Shown: piece after piece, positions 48,945-62,230 of the stretch | Layout of the letters: the number at the start of each line of letters is the position of its first letter | How positions within the stretch are numbered: the first letter of the stretch is position 1 | Translations under genes and position numbers: made by a program | Notes under the pieces: model-generated | What the model saw: the letters and a program-made list of their open reading frames with translations, nothing else | What the model was told of the DNA's origin: nothing | Database searches by the model: none | From: the human T2T-CHM13v2.0 reference genome, Homo sapiens | Strand: one strand, 5' to 3' | Assembly: GCF_009914755.1 (NCBI RefSeq) | Contig: NC_060932.1 | DNA: 64,000 nt

Positions 48945-49770
48945 CAGTAAGTCCTCACATCACATCATCCATAAGTTCTTGGAAGCTGCGGCTTTAAGCA
49001 AAACGATGCCAGTTTTAAGTGAAAATTGGTTTAAGGACACTAGTGTTCCCATAAGTTGATAGAGATAGATAAGAGTTAAGTTCCTGCCAGGTATTTCTGG
49101 TCACAAAAACGTCACCAGGCTTCCAATGAAGACCCCAAACACTTCTAACATTAAACACTGAAGTAAATGTGAGCTACACATACATGTAAGAAAAGTGAAT
49201 TAAACAGGGAAGAGAATTGCTTCCCCAGCTTTCCGTGGGCCAGTGAGTGGTAACGGAACACACATCTCACGGCAACCATGGTCGGGAGCTCCTCCTGCCA
49301 CCACGCACTTCAAAATCAAACGATCACAAACGTGGCGGCTTCCTGTATTGCCACGCATTCGTCTGACTATGTCTATTTGACGAATTTTTATTTTGCAATA
49401 ATTTTTATTCATTTATTCATTCATTTTCCAACCCACTAATTCCAGTGCAGGGTCATGAGTGGCTGAGCCTGTCTCAGCAGCTCTGGGCACAAGGTGGGAC
49501 CTGACTCTGCTCAGGACACCATCCCCTCTCGGGGCACACTCCCATGCACAGCCACACCCACTCAGCCAGGGCCACGGCGACACGCCTGTTCACCGGATGT
49601 GCACAGCACTGGGGTATGGGGGAGCCGGAGGACAGGGAGAAAACCCACACAGACCTGGGGAGCTCGTGCACATGCCACGCAATGGCCCTGAAAGGGAAGC
49701 GATTTTTTTTTCTCGTCAGCGTTATCACAAAACCACGTTGAAAGCAACAGTGTTATTTGAGGAGCTGCTG
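48945..49770 (+). mobile_element. MER6-like TcMar-Tigger non-autonomous DNA transposon, near full length
   Basis: TA at 48943-48944 and 49771-49772, imperfect TIRs cagtaagtcctc and gaggagctgctg. The body matches the MER6 consensus as I recall it (aagagttaagttcct...ttctggtcacaaaaac...). Confidence 0.8.
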
Positions 49771-51099
49771 TACTTGACGGATGGTGCAGGACAAGGTGGG
49801 CCCTCTTCGGGGCCTCTGCGCCTCTCCCCCTTTCAGGGGGTTGGGGTAGAAACTGGATCAAGGATAGGGGACTCTCATAGGATTGGAGGGTCCATTGGGG
49901 CAGGGCCCCCCAGCAGCTGAGGGCCTCTCTCCCCCTGTCCTGGGGTCCTGGGGTCTCTGGCCCCCATGAGTCCAGCTCCTGATTGCTCTGCCAAGTTTGC
50001 TGTCATGCCAGGAACTAAGCCTTTCTCCTCGTGAGCTCTCTTGCACCCACAGTATAGCCATGGTATTCAGTAGGTGCCCAGTAAGTGTGGGCTGGTGAAT
50101 GGGCCTCCAGGGAGGTGGGATTTGGATGGACAGAATGGACGGGTCCTTGGGAGGTGGTACTGAGTCAGCAGAGGCTTGGGGGCAGAGCATCTCTGCAGAG
50201 GCAGGGGCTCCATCCTCAAGGACCCCCTGAGGGCCTCCAGGAGGAGGCAGCCATGGGGTGCGTGGGGAAGTAGGAGTGGCAGCTCTGAGTCAGCTTGTCC
50301 CAGCTCTGAGCTCCCTCCCGCACCTACCTGTCTCCACTGTGGGGGCCACACAGCCTTTACATATAAAGGGCATGGAGCAGCGCCTGGCACTCAGGCTGCC
50401 AGTACCACCAACTGGCAGCACTCATTGGGCACTGACTGTCTACATTGCCAGGAGTGTTCAAGAAGTAATTTAAACTGCCAGAAATCCTCATCCCACGGCA
50501 TTAACTGACACCTGCTTTGGGCCTGACCCTGTGCCTGATCCTGGGGACCTGGCATGGGTCAGTCAACGCTCCCTGTCTGCCGCCCACAGTCCATGACAGG
50601 GACAGACAAGTCACGAACAGGGCTGCAGGGGCTGACCCAGGAATGAGCAGGACCTCTCTGGGACTGTTTAGGGCTTTGGCCCCCTGGTGAGGGAGCAGCG
50701 AGGCTGTGGGGACCCAGGTCCCTTGGGCCTTGCATGCCTGGCTCCTGATCCTGTGGGCCCCATGCAGAAGTGGCCCCCAGTTCTTTCTGGGTGCTTGGCA
50801 TGTCCAGTCTTCCTTGGGGGCTCCCCAGGCAATTTTGGCTAGACACCCAGCAGACGCTCCTTCCTCCAGGCCCCCCAACCTCCGGGTCCCTGAGGTCGGA
50901 GCCAGTTTTCCCCAAGACCACCCAAGCAGTGACTTTGGGTCCACCCACAGATGCCCTGGTCACTGTGTTGCTGGGAGTGCTTGGGTGAGAAGGAATGGCT
51001 GCGGGCGGGTCTTCCTTTCTTCATCCTCAGCATCCTCATCCATCACTGAGGATGCTTGTCTCTGCCTTACTCCCACTCACAGGACAGTCGAATATGTTC

Positions 51100-51620
51100 A
51101 CACATCCACTGAGCCAGCACCTGCTGTGTACGGTGCCCATTGAGAACCAGGGAGCCGAGGGTGGAGCTGTGGCCGGTCTCTTGTCCTGCGTGGGGAGAGA
51201 GGCTGACAAGCTTTGCCAGAAGGGGGACAGATGATCCCTACTGTGTGTGGGGGACAGAGGACAGGTCTCGGTGGCTAGCAGGAGGAACAGGAGGATGCTG
51301 AACCTGAGATCCGAGTGGTAAGAAGGGGCCAGCACCGGACGATGTGGGGACAGAGCATGCTCCTGGCCTCCAGCACAGGCAGTGCAAGGGCTCGGAGGCA
51401 GGACTGTGCTTGGCAAGTTGCAGGAACAGCTGGGAGGCAGGTGAGGCTACAGCAGATGAGGAGAGGGGAGTGGTAGGAGGTCAGAGGGCAGGGAGCAGCT
51501 CGCGTGGGGCCTTTAGGGCGATAAGGATTTTTGGCTTTCCTGAGTGACGCGGGCACCACTGGAGGCTTTGAGCGGAGGGGGCTATGATCTGACTTAGGTC
51601 GAGGACACTGGTGGGGGCAG
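51100..51620 (-). mobile_element. L2 fragments
   Basis: ccactgagccagcacctgctgtgt...; ggaacagctgggaggcagg...ccactggaggctttgagcggaggggg..atgatctgactta. Confidence 0.55.
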
Positions 51621-51764
51621 TGGTGGGGATACCCAGGATGCCAGATGGGTATCCCAGATTCTTGGTGACCCTCGGTAGCCCCTCTGGGCGGTGGCTTTAG
51701 GCATCTGGGCTCAGGTGTCACCATTTCACTTGTCGGCCACCCACGGCTGCTTCCTGCCCCATCT

Positions 51765-51990
51765 GGGGATTCCGGGGACTTTCCATTTCCTCACCTTGCA
51801 CTTGATTCTGTGATGTGCCTGGACTGGGGATTGTGGAGGCCTGTCCGTGCCCTGAAGCACTTCTGAGAAGCCGGGGAGCAGTTCCCTGGGGTTTCCCCTG
51901 GGAAGTCCTGCCGTCCTCTTTCTGCTGCCACCCAGAGCCCGCCCTTTCCGGAGAGCAGTTCCCTGGGGTGTCCCCCTGGGAAGTCCTGCC
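51765..51990. promoter_or_regulatory. NF-kB/STAT motif cluster with a 77-bp-period duplication
   Basis: GGGACTTTCC 51775-51784, TTCTGAGAA 51861-51869, GGGGTTTCCC 51888-51897. Duplicated block at 51871 and 51948. Confidence 0.5.
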
Positions 51991-52916
51991 CTCCTGCCTC
52001 TGGCCCTTGCTCAAGCCGCGCCCCCATCTGGATGCCCACTTCTTCCACTCTGCTCTGTTGGACCAATTAGGCCAACTCTGGGGATATGTGACCCCAGTGT
52101 TTGTGATCAAACGGGGCCCAGACTCATTGACATCCTGCGTGAACTACAGTTTTGGTAGAGGTGCAAGTGGATTCTGTGTGGCACAGAAGATGGCGAGTGG
52201 TGACGGCTGTGTTGCCTGCATGCCACCGACAGCCCGCCTCTTCTTTCCATCTTAATCCATCTTGCCAGCTCTCAAGGGCTGTAGGCACTTCGCCCTGAAT
52301 CCTCCTCTGAGCCGGCTTTGCCTCCTGCTGTTCCCACTGAGCGAATTAAATAAGTCTTTGCCCTGTGCCCACTGTATGTGCAAGGTCATGCAGGTTATGC
52401 TTTGAACTTCCAAAAATGCGCTCAGAAATCTTTCCTGTCCTCTAGGGCCCATCTCTGATGCCACCTTCACCTTCTGGATTCTCTCCAGGGGAGGAGGTCA
52501 GGCCCTTGGGAGGTACCCTTTGCCCTCTCTGCTGGGGATCCTGGAGAGTCCCTCCCCAACTCCCCTGGCCACTGGGACCTCTCTTCCTCCCTGACCTGCC
52601 CAGCATCCTCCCTTGGCAGCCTGGCACAGCCCGGACAGAACCTAGAAGGTGTGGATTCTGCCTGCCTGCCCTGTGTCCCCACAGTCCACATGCTGGCCTG
52701 GACTCTCAGGCCTCCCCACCTCCAGTCCCTCTCCTGCCCTCTCCATTCCTTCACACACGTGGGCACAAAGCTGGGGCTTCTGTAAGGGTGCATCTGGTAG
52801 GACCTCAACCTCCCGTACCCAATGGGGTCTTGGGAGAACAGAAGTTGTGGGTGATGGTTAAGGTGTAGCCCTCTTCCCAACCTTGCACAGCCCCCTGGCT
52901 CAGTCCCTGAGGGTAA

Positions 52917-53511
<595 letters not shown>

Positions 53512-53835
53512 CAGTAGAATATAGGCGGCCAACAGGTGGAGCGGGCACAGACTCAGGCTGCGCCGTGGCTGAGCCTTTACGACGCCAGGAGAAGCGAAAG
53601 GAACCAGGCGCAGAGGGCCACGTGGTGTGTGAGGCCATTCACAGCAAATGTCCTGAACAGGCAAGTCCACAGAGACAGAAAGCAGACTTGTGGTTGCCAG
53701 GGGCTGGGGGAGGAGGGGTGGAGTGACTGCTGGTGGGAGGGGGCGATGGAAGTGTTCTGGAATTAGTGGTGATGATTACACAGCACTGTGAATATATTAA
53801 AAACACTGAAGGTTACACTTTAAGATGGCTAAAAT

Positions 53836-54130
53836 GACTGGGCCTGGTGGCTCACGCCTGTAATCCCAGCACTTTGGGAGGCCAAGGTGGGCGGATCACC
53901 TGAGGTCAGGAGTTTGGGACCAGCCTGGCCAACATGGCGAAACCCTGTCTCTACTAAAAATACAAAAATTAGCCGGTTGTGGTCATGGGCGCCCGTAATT
54001 CCAGCTACTTGGGAGGCTGAGGCAGGAGAATTGCTTGAACCCGGGGGCGGAGGTTGCAGTGAGCTGAGGTCGTGCCACTGCACTCCAGCCTGGGTAACAG
54101 AGCGAGACTCTGTCTGAAAAAAAAAAAAAA
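53836..54130 (+). mobile_element. Alu (S-like)
   Basis: Full-length sense Alu with poly-A and TSD core ctaaaat. Confidence 0.95.
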
Positions 54131-56125
54131 GACTAAAATGGTGGATTTCATGTGTTATGAATTTTATCTCAAAAAATAAATTAGGATAGCACCCCCGCCT
54201 ACACAGACTCTGTCCTGAGCAGCTCTCAGAAGTCCGTAAAATAGGGTGAAAGTGTCGTTGCCCTGCCCCCGGGTTCCCAGTGCTGTGGGGACGTCACCAG
54301 CTGCTGGGGAACAGAGGGATGCTGGCACCCACCCAGGGCTCAGGGCAGGGCAGGAGCTTGGTGTGCGCTAGAGACTAGAGTGAGAAGGCCCTTCCCCGGC
54401 CCTCACAGAGTGCCTTGCCACTGGGGAGTTGAGTGAAGGCACAGACAAGGTTGTGAGGTACCCACGCTGCCGTGTAGTGTCACCACGCCCTGATGTGTAT
54501 AACCTGTTTTCTTTGCTCATCTGGGTGGACTGGTGGGGCATTTGATTCTGGAGGGTGGGGTTCCAGTCTGCATGGTTCCCTGGGGATCCCTGGCCCCAAC
54601 ATGAAGGCAGTGTGGCCTGAGGGCCTCTCAGTCCCCAAGGTGCTGACCCACCGCTGCCTTTCCCGAGTCCTCCCTGGGCCCTGCTAGGGGAGGCCTGGGA
54701 GCTGCAGCATCCAACAGGCCCGTGTGAATGGCCTGGCCACAGCACTGCCAGACAGGGCAAAGTTCCTGGCCCGGGGCTGTCTCTGAGCCCTGGAGCTGGC
54801 GGGGTAGGGATCAGCTCCTGTGAGCTCCCTCCATCCCCAGATCCACCCTTCAGGTCCAGGGCTATTTGGTGGCAGCTCCTGGTGGGGCAGGGGGATGGGA
54901 GGGATGGGAGCCTCCATCTGTGGACCCGGCACCCAGTCTGCCTGCAGGCCTGGTGATTGTGGCCCGACCTCCTGCCCACCCCTTCTGGGCACCACGGCGA
55001 TGCCCAGAGCCCCTGAGGGGCTGTGCAGGCAGGGCATAAGATGGCAGAGGGCTCCACATAGCCCCTAGGCTGGCAGGATGTGTTCTGAGCTGAGGTCCTC
55101 TGGAAAGCGCCTGTGGATTTCTGGCCCCTCCCTGGTGTGTTCCCCACCTGCCTGCTGAGCCTTCAGATGCCTGGGAGAGCAGGTCTCCCTTAGGTCCGCT
55201 GGTTCTGATGGTTCCCCTCCTTCTCTCCTGGGAGCTGGGCAGGTGCTCAAAGCGGGCAGTGCAGGCTGCCCAGCGTGCCCAGCTCCCAGGATGCACCATG
55301 TGACCCAGGCCCCCTCCTGCCCTGCTTGCGCTGGCGAGGGGCCGTGGCTGGGTGCCCAGCGGTGCCTGCGGGGGCCCACTCCCTGGGGCAGTGCCTGCCT
55401 GCCACCCACCTGGGCTGGGCATCCAGTCTGGCCTTGGCTGTTGTCATGGCAGCCAATGCCTGCAGCCGGGAGCTAAACTTGCTACCCTCAAGCCACTGTC
55501 ACCACGGCTGTGACGAACATGGGGACATACAGCCTGGGTCGGGGAGGTGACCAGGCCTGGCTCTGCCCAGCCCCTGCTGCGGACGGTCACCGCGGTCACA
55601 GCCCACATGGCCTGCCTGCCACCCCCTCATGCCATGGCCTGGGCTGTCTGAGGTTCTGTGTCATGGATGAGGCCCCAGGATCACAGAAGTGCCCACAGCC
55701 ACACAGACGGGCAGGAGTCGGGAGGCCCCGGCCCCCAGGCTCCCAGCCAGACTGGGGGAGTGGGGCTGGCCCAATCTGGAGTTGCCAAGGTGGGGTTCGG
55801 TGAGGCACCATTGTTGCTAGTGCCTGGTTTCAAAAACATTCCAGAAATGCCCTGCTGGCCACCTGCCTGGCTCTGAGGTCCCCACATCTGTGGAGGAACA
55901 GGGGCTTTAAGAAGCCCTGCGGGGAAGAAGCCCCATCCACGCAGGCTCCCCTGAGGGTTCTGAGGCACCTGCTGGGAACTGTGGTCTTCTTGGGGCGCTC
56001 GGTGTCCTCACAGCCCCTGTGGGTACCTGGCAAAGTGCCAGTGTTCCAGGGACTCAAGCGAGGCCTCTTGGAAAGGGTAATAATGTCCCTCAGATCCCAG
56101 GAGAAAACCAAGGGCAGGTCCATGA

Positions 56126-56227
56126 AGGACAGCCTTCCAGCGAACCCATCCTACAGACGAGCACACTGAGGCACAGAGGACAGCCTTCCAGCGAACCCAT
56201 CCTACAGATGAGCACACTGAGGCACAG
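56126..56227. repeat. Tandem duplication, 2 x 51 bp, MIR-like
   Basis: aggacagccttccagcgaacccatcctacaga(c/t)gagcacactgaggcacag at 56126 and 56177. Confidence 0.9.
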
Positions 56228-59200
56228 CGAGGTTGAGGGATGTACCCATCACACAGCTCACAATGGGGAGCCAGGAGGGGAACCAGGTCACACAGCCCTG
56301 TGTGAGGACAGTGGCCATGGGCTGAGCAATGGCCAGGCCTTGCGGGTGGAAAGGAGCTGTCCCCTCCCCTGGACCCCAGAGAACCCACCTGCCTTGGCTT
56401 TGAGCTGAGCTTTGAGCCGGGGTCACTGGCTGAGTCTCGCACCCTCTCTGAGCCTCAGGTTCCCCATTTGTCAGATGGGGAAGGCCAAGACCCAGGGTAG
56501 ATGGAGCCTGAGTCAGTGCTGGCAGCACTGGCGTTGTGGGCTGGCAAGGCGTGGGGCACCTCTGTGTGCATGGGGTGGACCTGTGTGTGCCTAGCAGCCT
56601 CCCTGCCACAAACCACCCTCCTCCTGTATGCCAGGGTCACAGGAGCTGAAGACAGTGGCCGAGCCCCGCTTTTTCTGCCCCCTCTTGATTGTTTCAGGGA
56701 CGAGGTCTGGTTCTTTGTCAACCCAAGTGCCCAGCACAAGGCTTGGCATATGGTGGTGGCCTGTAAAAGCCAGTGATGTGACTATGAAACCAATCCACTC
56801 ATAGCACTGCACGTGCTTTTTGGGAGGGAGCTGGCTCAGAGAGGAAAGGCCATCAGCACTGGTCCCCCCAGTAGGATCTAGGCACCATGGGGAACCTGCG
56901 GGCCCCTCCAGCCCCTCCACCATGTGTCCTGGGGGTAGCCCTATCCCCCTGGGCCTCAGTGGCGCCGTGTGCACTGGCTCTGGGGGTGCCAGGCTGCGTC
57001 TCACCATCGGGCCAGCCCAGAAATAGCTGTGACCTTCCGCAGCCAGCTTGGCAGCGCTTGGGGCCAAGAGGCCTACGTGCATGCCGGCTGAGTCCCCTCA
57101 CCGTGCAGGGCTGGCTATTTTGGACGTGGCCTCCCGAGGCCAGGTCAGAGCTCTTTCCCGCGGTTCCTCAGGCCCCTCTGACGTGCGTCCACTAGAGCCT
57201 CGGCCAGTGGCCCTGGCTAGCTCCATGATCTCGATCCCCCTTCCTGTCCCCGACCCCACGGGCCCTGGGTGGCACAGAGGAAGGGATCCCAGGGACTGAG
57301 CACAGGGTGACCGCGCCTGCTGGGGCTGACATGGAGTGTAGGGCTTGGCTGTTTTAAGAAGAAAATGCAGAGAAAGTGCCCACCCTGGGTAGGCCCTGAA
57401 TCCTGTCTCAGCCTCTCAGAGCTCTCGCTGACTGCACAGCCTGAGCCTCGGTTTACTCATCCACAAAATGGGGTGATGGGCGCCTTCCAGGACTGCTCTG
57501 AGGATGGACATGGGCATTGCCTGTGCTGAGGGCACCACGCGAGGCCACTACACAGAGGGGTTCTTGGGCCTTCTCCGCCTTCCATGGGACTGGACACTGG
57601 GTTCAGGGAGGGGCGTCATGGGTATATGGGGGTGCTGCGCTGGGCAGTGGCTAAGCGTGGGCTCTTCCTTTTCTGTGACACAGCAGAGGTGTACATGCCT
57701 GCTGCCCTGTCCAGGGCGTCTGGGTATGGTGGAAGTGGCCCCAAGGTCCAGCCACCCTCAGGGACCACAAGCTTCCTGGACACCCTGCTGACAGGGTCCC
57801 ACTGTGGAGGAACAGGCCGGCCCAGCTCCCCACCTCCCAAGTGAGCATGGGTGGCTGGGTGGGCGTGAGGGATTGGCTCCCCTGCTAGAGGGCAGAACTC
57901 CTGTTCCCGTGAAGGTGCTGGGTGGGGTGTGAGTCTGCTCCTGGGTTTGGGGTCAGGCATGCCAGGAACAGCAAGCAGGGGCTGCCTGCCTGCCTAGTGC
58001 TGGCTGCATGCTCATGGCCCTCAGGGCCCTGTCCCCTGGATGGTCCAGGGGTCCCGAGGAGGAGCCATGGCCTCTTCTCCGTGGAGAGGCCCTGTGGGCC
58101 CAAGGCCTGGCTCCATCCAGGCAGGCACATGGAATTCAGCCAAACTCTGGATCCTTTCTGCAGAGCAGGCTTAGCTTGAGCCCTCCCACAGCGAGCTCGC
58201 CCACTGCCCACCCTGCCCTCTCAGCCTCTGTGACAACTCTGTGGGCACTGCCAGGGGCAGTTCCTGTGTATTCTCATCTGGTGATGGGTTCATAATTCTC
58301 ATGTTGTGTGGGTGACTAACAAGGTCTGGGAGCTCAGGAGAGGGGCCCAGAGGCACACAGCATGCACGGGACGGTTTTGCAGTTCCCAGGGGGCACCTGG
58401 GGTGGAGGCTTAGCCAGGCCCAGTGGGCTCAGGGCTGGCCTCATGCCCTTCCCCTGTTGTGGACCACTTTGGGGCCTCTGGCTGATGCTGGTGGGTGAGG
58501 ACCTTCCTGGGCAGCCTCCTCCGGCCAGCAGGAGGGACCATCAGGCCATGCGGACCCTTGGAGAGCTTGGGGGTCGGTTCCTGCCCTGGAGTCAGCTGTG
58601 TCTGCTGAGGGTCCACTGGTGTGTGGCACAGAAGGGGTAGGGGCTGTGCCTGGTGTGCCAGGGAGGCCCTGAACTCTCCGGGAGGCCAGATCAGGGGCCT
58701 CCTCTGGGCCTGCTGGGGGCCTCTGCATTCTTGGCAGGGCCTCAGGGACTGGGGCGGGGAGAGGCTCCTTCTCAGAGGCTGTGAGCTCCGAATGAAACTC
58801 CATGCCCTCCGGGACACCATGCCCACTTCTGGGTACTGGCCTTCAGGGGCCTTGGATGTGGGTGGCATGGCACTGGCTAAATGGGGCCCAGGAGGAAGGC
58901 AGCAGGACCGTGGGCATGCAGGCCTAATGCCAGGGCCAGGGCAGGCTTCATGTGGGCTTCCTCCTGTCTGGAATCCTGGAGCCGCACAATTTCCGACCCA
59001 ACACCCCGTACTCCAGAGCGACTGGCTCTTAACGGAAGCTGCTGCTGGCAGGTGTGTTATAACAGAGCTCTGGGGTGGGAGGCTGGGGGCAGGGAGGGTT
59101 AGGGCCGTCAGAACACGGCTCCCTCCTGCCCAGGGCAAGGTGGGGCCACGTGTGCGCATGTGAGTGGGGCACCTGGTCTGGGTGTGGCCTGGGAACCTGC

Positions 59201-59358
59201 ATGTTACAGACGCCATGGCTTTGGAAACACTCAGGAGTCCAGCTGTGTCTGTTCCAAGATGGGTCAGGGTTGCCGCAGGGAGGGCAGTGACTGGTCCACA
59301 GCTGGTGTGGCTGTGCCATCCTCCTTCCAGCCTGGGCAGAGGCCTTCCAGGCAAGATG

Positions 59359-59450
59359 AAAGATGCGGTATGGACAGGAGGACATGGAGGATTCAGGGCT
59401 CTTGGTGTAAAGATGCTGTGTGGACAGGAGGACATGGAGGATTCGGGCTC
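59359..59450. repeat. Tandem duplication, 2 x 50 bp
   Basis: aaagatgc..tggacaggaggacatggaggattc at 59359 and 59409. Confidence 0.85.
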
Positions 59451-59560
59451 ACGGTGTCCCTGGAGGCTCTGGTGGGCGTCGTGGGGCTGGACTGCTGCGG
59501 GGCAATGGGGTCCCCATCTTCCCGGCACAGGCATCTGATCTGGTCATCTGTTTCTGTGGC

Positions 59561-59583
59561 GTGTGTGTGTGTGTGTGTGTGTG
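59561..59583. repeat. (GT)n microsatellite
   Basis: About 11 GT units. Confidence 0.9.
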
Positions 59584-60829
59584 CACGTGAGCACACATCT
59601 CTGTGTATGCAGGTCAGTGTGTGTGCTTGCCAGAGCTTCCCATTGGGCGGTTTCCACACTGGCTTCTCAGTCATCCTGGGAGGTAAGGCATGAGCACTGG
59701 ACTGGGAGTCCTGTCTGAGCCACCGACTTGGCCTGCCATTGTGGAGCTGTCCTGTCCACTCGCTGGACATTAGGCCATTTGTGTACAATAATCCCCTGAG
59801 ATTTGTATCCTCCCATGGGGAGATCAAAAGGGGCCGAGTGTGGCCCTAGGGTCTGGGGGCCCAGCCTGGTGGGTAGACCTGGCTTCTGGGACTGTAGTGG
59901 TGGAAGGTGGCTGGGGCAGGGGAGGTTCACTCACTGGGAGGCTGGAAGAGGTGGCCCGGTAGGGAGAGAGAAGGGCAGCCAGACAGAGGGCACGTGGGAG
60001 CAGCAGCCTGGTGGCAGGTGTGTGAGTCTCTGCACCTGGCCGGGGTCTTGAGGAGCAGGAGAGGTTCGGGCAGGTGGCTGAGGAGAATGCGGGCACTGAG
60101 CTTGGGAAGAGCCCTGGACTGGGGGGGGGGTAGGGACTGTTGGGCAGCCCCAGACTGGCACAGGTGGATCGGGTGCCTAGGCAGGGGGTGGTGAGTTATG
60201 GCGCAGCTGTCTTGGTGGCTGGGGGGAGCAGGGATAAGGGTGGACTTCTTAGTGACCGCTCTCTGCCCCAGGAGGTAGAGTCCTGGGGGCTGGGCTGGCC
60301 TGAGAGACGCCCCCTCATCCTTTCCAGGGTGAGGTACGAGGGCTCCGCCCCCTCCTGATATCACCAGGCCTAGGGCAGCATCCTGATGGGGGAGGGGCAA
60401 GTGACCCGGGCCCTGGACTGCAGGAACAGCCCCTCCTCCACTGGTGGAGTTCCCACTTCCTGCGGAAGGAACTATGTTAGAAGTTGTGTATATGGGGTGG
60501 GGGTTGGGTGTGGGTGGCGGGGGGCCTGGGTGGGGTCCACTGAGTCGCCTCCCCTGTCTCCCTGCACTTCCTCCTGGAGGAAATGGGGACAACAGGATGA
60601 AGTGAGGGCCTGCTGAGCCCAGGGCTGCCACCTGGGAGTGAAGCCGGGGCAGGCTGCAGGGTCCGGGCCCTTCTGTGTGGGCAGGTGGAAGTGGTGGGGA
60701 TGCAGTGAGGCTCCCTCCAGCGCAGCAAGGAACGGGCCCTGGGACCCTCTTCCCAGCCTGCAGCAGGCAGTGGGGAGACAGGCCGGAGCCCTGGACAGCC
60801 CCCAGTCTTTCCCCACCCCAACTACAGGG

Positions 60830-62230
60830 CCTGGGTCTCCGTGCGCCATCCCCCTCCCGCCCCCTCCCGCTCGCTCCCGCTGTTACAGGGCCCTAGGGAC
60901 CGCCCTGTCCCCCGTGGGCCCCAGAGCCCAGGCCAGCGCTGGAGGGACCCTCCTGCCCTCTGGCCGGGACCAGGGTGCCCGCCGCAGCCCTGGGACCCTG
61001 CGGCCCCGGTCCCTATTCGAGGCCCCAGCCGGAGCGTTCCGGGATCCTTCGGGGGAGTGCCCAGCCCCGCGCCCCCGCCTCCCACATGACTCCGGGTGGG
61101 CCCTTTTGACGTGCGCGGAGGGCGGGGGGCAGGGGGCGGGGCGGGGGGGCAGGGGGCAGGGGTGGTGAAGGGTAGGGGGCGTGGCGGGGAGAGGGGTAGG
61201 GGGCACGGCGGGGAGAGGGGTAGGGGCCGGGGGCGGGGGGGGGGGGGTTGGTCAGAGGGTCGGCGAGGGTGGGGGTGCGGGGAGGGGAGTGGAAGGCGTG
61301 GGGAGGGGGGAGCGACTGCAGTGGAGCGGGCAGGGCAGGGCAGGGCAGGGGAGGGGGGCGCGGGGGCGGGGAGGGCCGGCGCAGGCGGGGATAAAGCCCG
61401 CGGCGCGGCTCGGCTGACTCGGAGCGCGGAGGACCGGCCTGCCGGGTGAGTGTCTGCGCCGGCTTTGGCGGGCCCGGGACGTGGGACAGACCAGGGAGAG
61501 GGGCCCGCGAGGGGTCGGGGTGGGGGTGGGGAACCGTGCCTTCCGCGCACGCGCGCCGCTGGGCCTGAGCGTGCAGTCGGTCGGGTGGGCGAGGGCGCCG
61601 CCCTGGTGGCGGAAGCGCCTCCTCCAGGGCTCCCCCGAACGGCGGCGCCGGGACCCCGCTCTCCTTGGGCTCTTTGCCTCAGACCCCACGTGGCGATGAC
61701 CCGGCCTCGGTGTGCGCGTCGGTGCGGAGGCCGGCCCTTCGAGCTGGGTCCCGAGATCGCTGACGTCTGGCCTCCACTCCCAGCCGCACCATCCGGAGGC
61801 GGGGGTGGGGGTCCAGGGGTGGGGGTCAACCCGATTCTTCTGCGGAGGAGAAAGCTCCCGATCCCCTCTGCTCGTGGCCTGTCTTAACAGCTGAGAGTCA
61901 TCACGCAGTGGCCGCATGGTTTGTCCCTTATCACTCTGTCACTAAAGGAGGTCCTGTGAGCGGTCACTCCAGGACGGCAGGGTGGACCAGGGCTGCCTGG
62001 GTCACCCCAGTCACACAGGTGCCCTTGGAGGTGCCGTGGGACCGGAACCTGGCCACGCGGCCCCGTGGTTGGCATGGCCATTAGAGCAGATTCGACTCTC
62101 GCCCGCACCGGAGTGTGGACCAGCTTCACCTCCTCATCCTCACAGCAGCCGGGGAGGCTGCTGAACCCCGCTGTGCAGGGCACGTCAGCGGGGGTTCAGA
62201 GCCGCAGAAGCTCCCCACCCAATAAGCAGC
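60830..62230. promoter_or_regulatory. Second CpG island; candidate internal or alternative PTP4A3 promoter
   Basis: High CpG density, multiple GGGGCGGGG boxes, GATAAAG 61390-61396 and donor GG|GTGAGT 61446-61451. Confidence 0.7.

Noticed and set aside
58410-59534. 374-aa minus-strand ORF
   Set aside because: Pro/Ser/Ala-rich, no domain, spans a tandem duplication, and is consistent with stop-codon scarcity in GC-rich DNA.
60822-61829. 335-aa proline-rich ORF
   Set aside because: Artefact of the G-run tract and CpG island.
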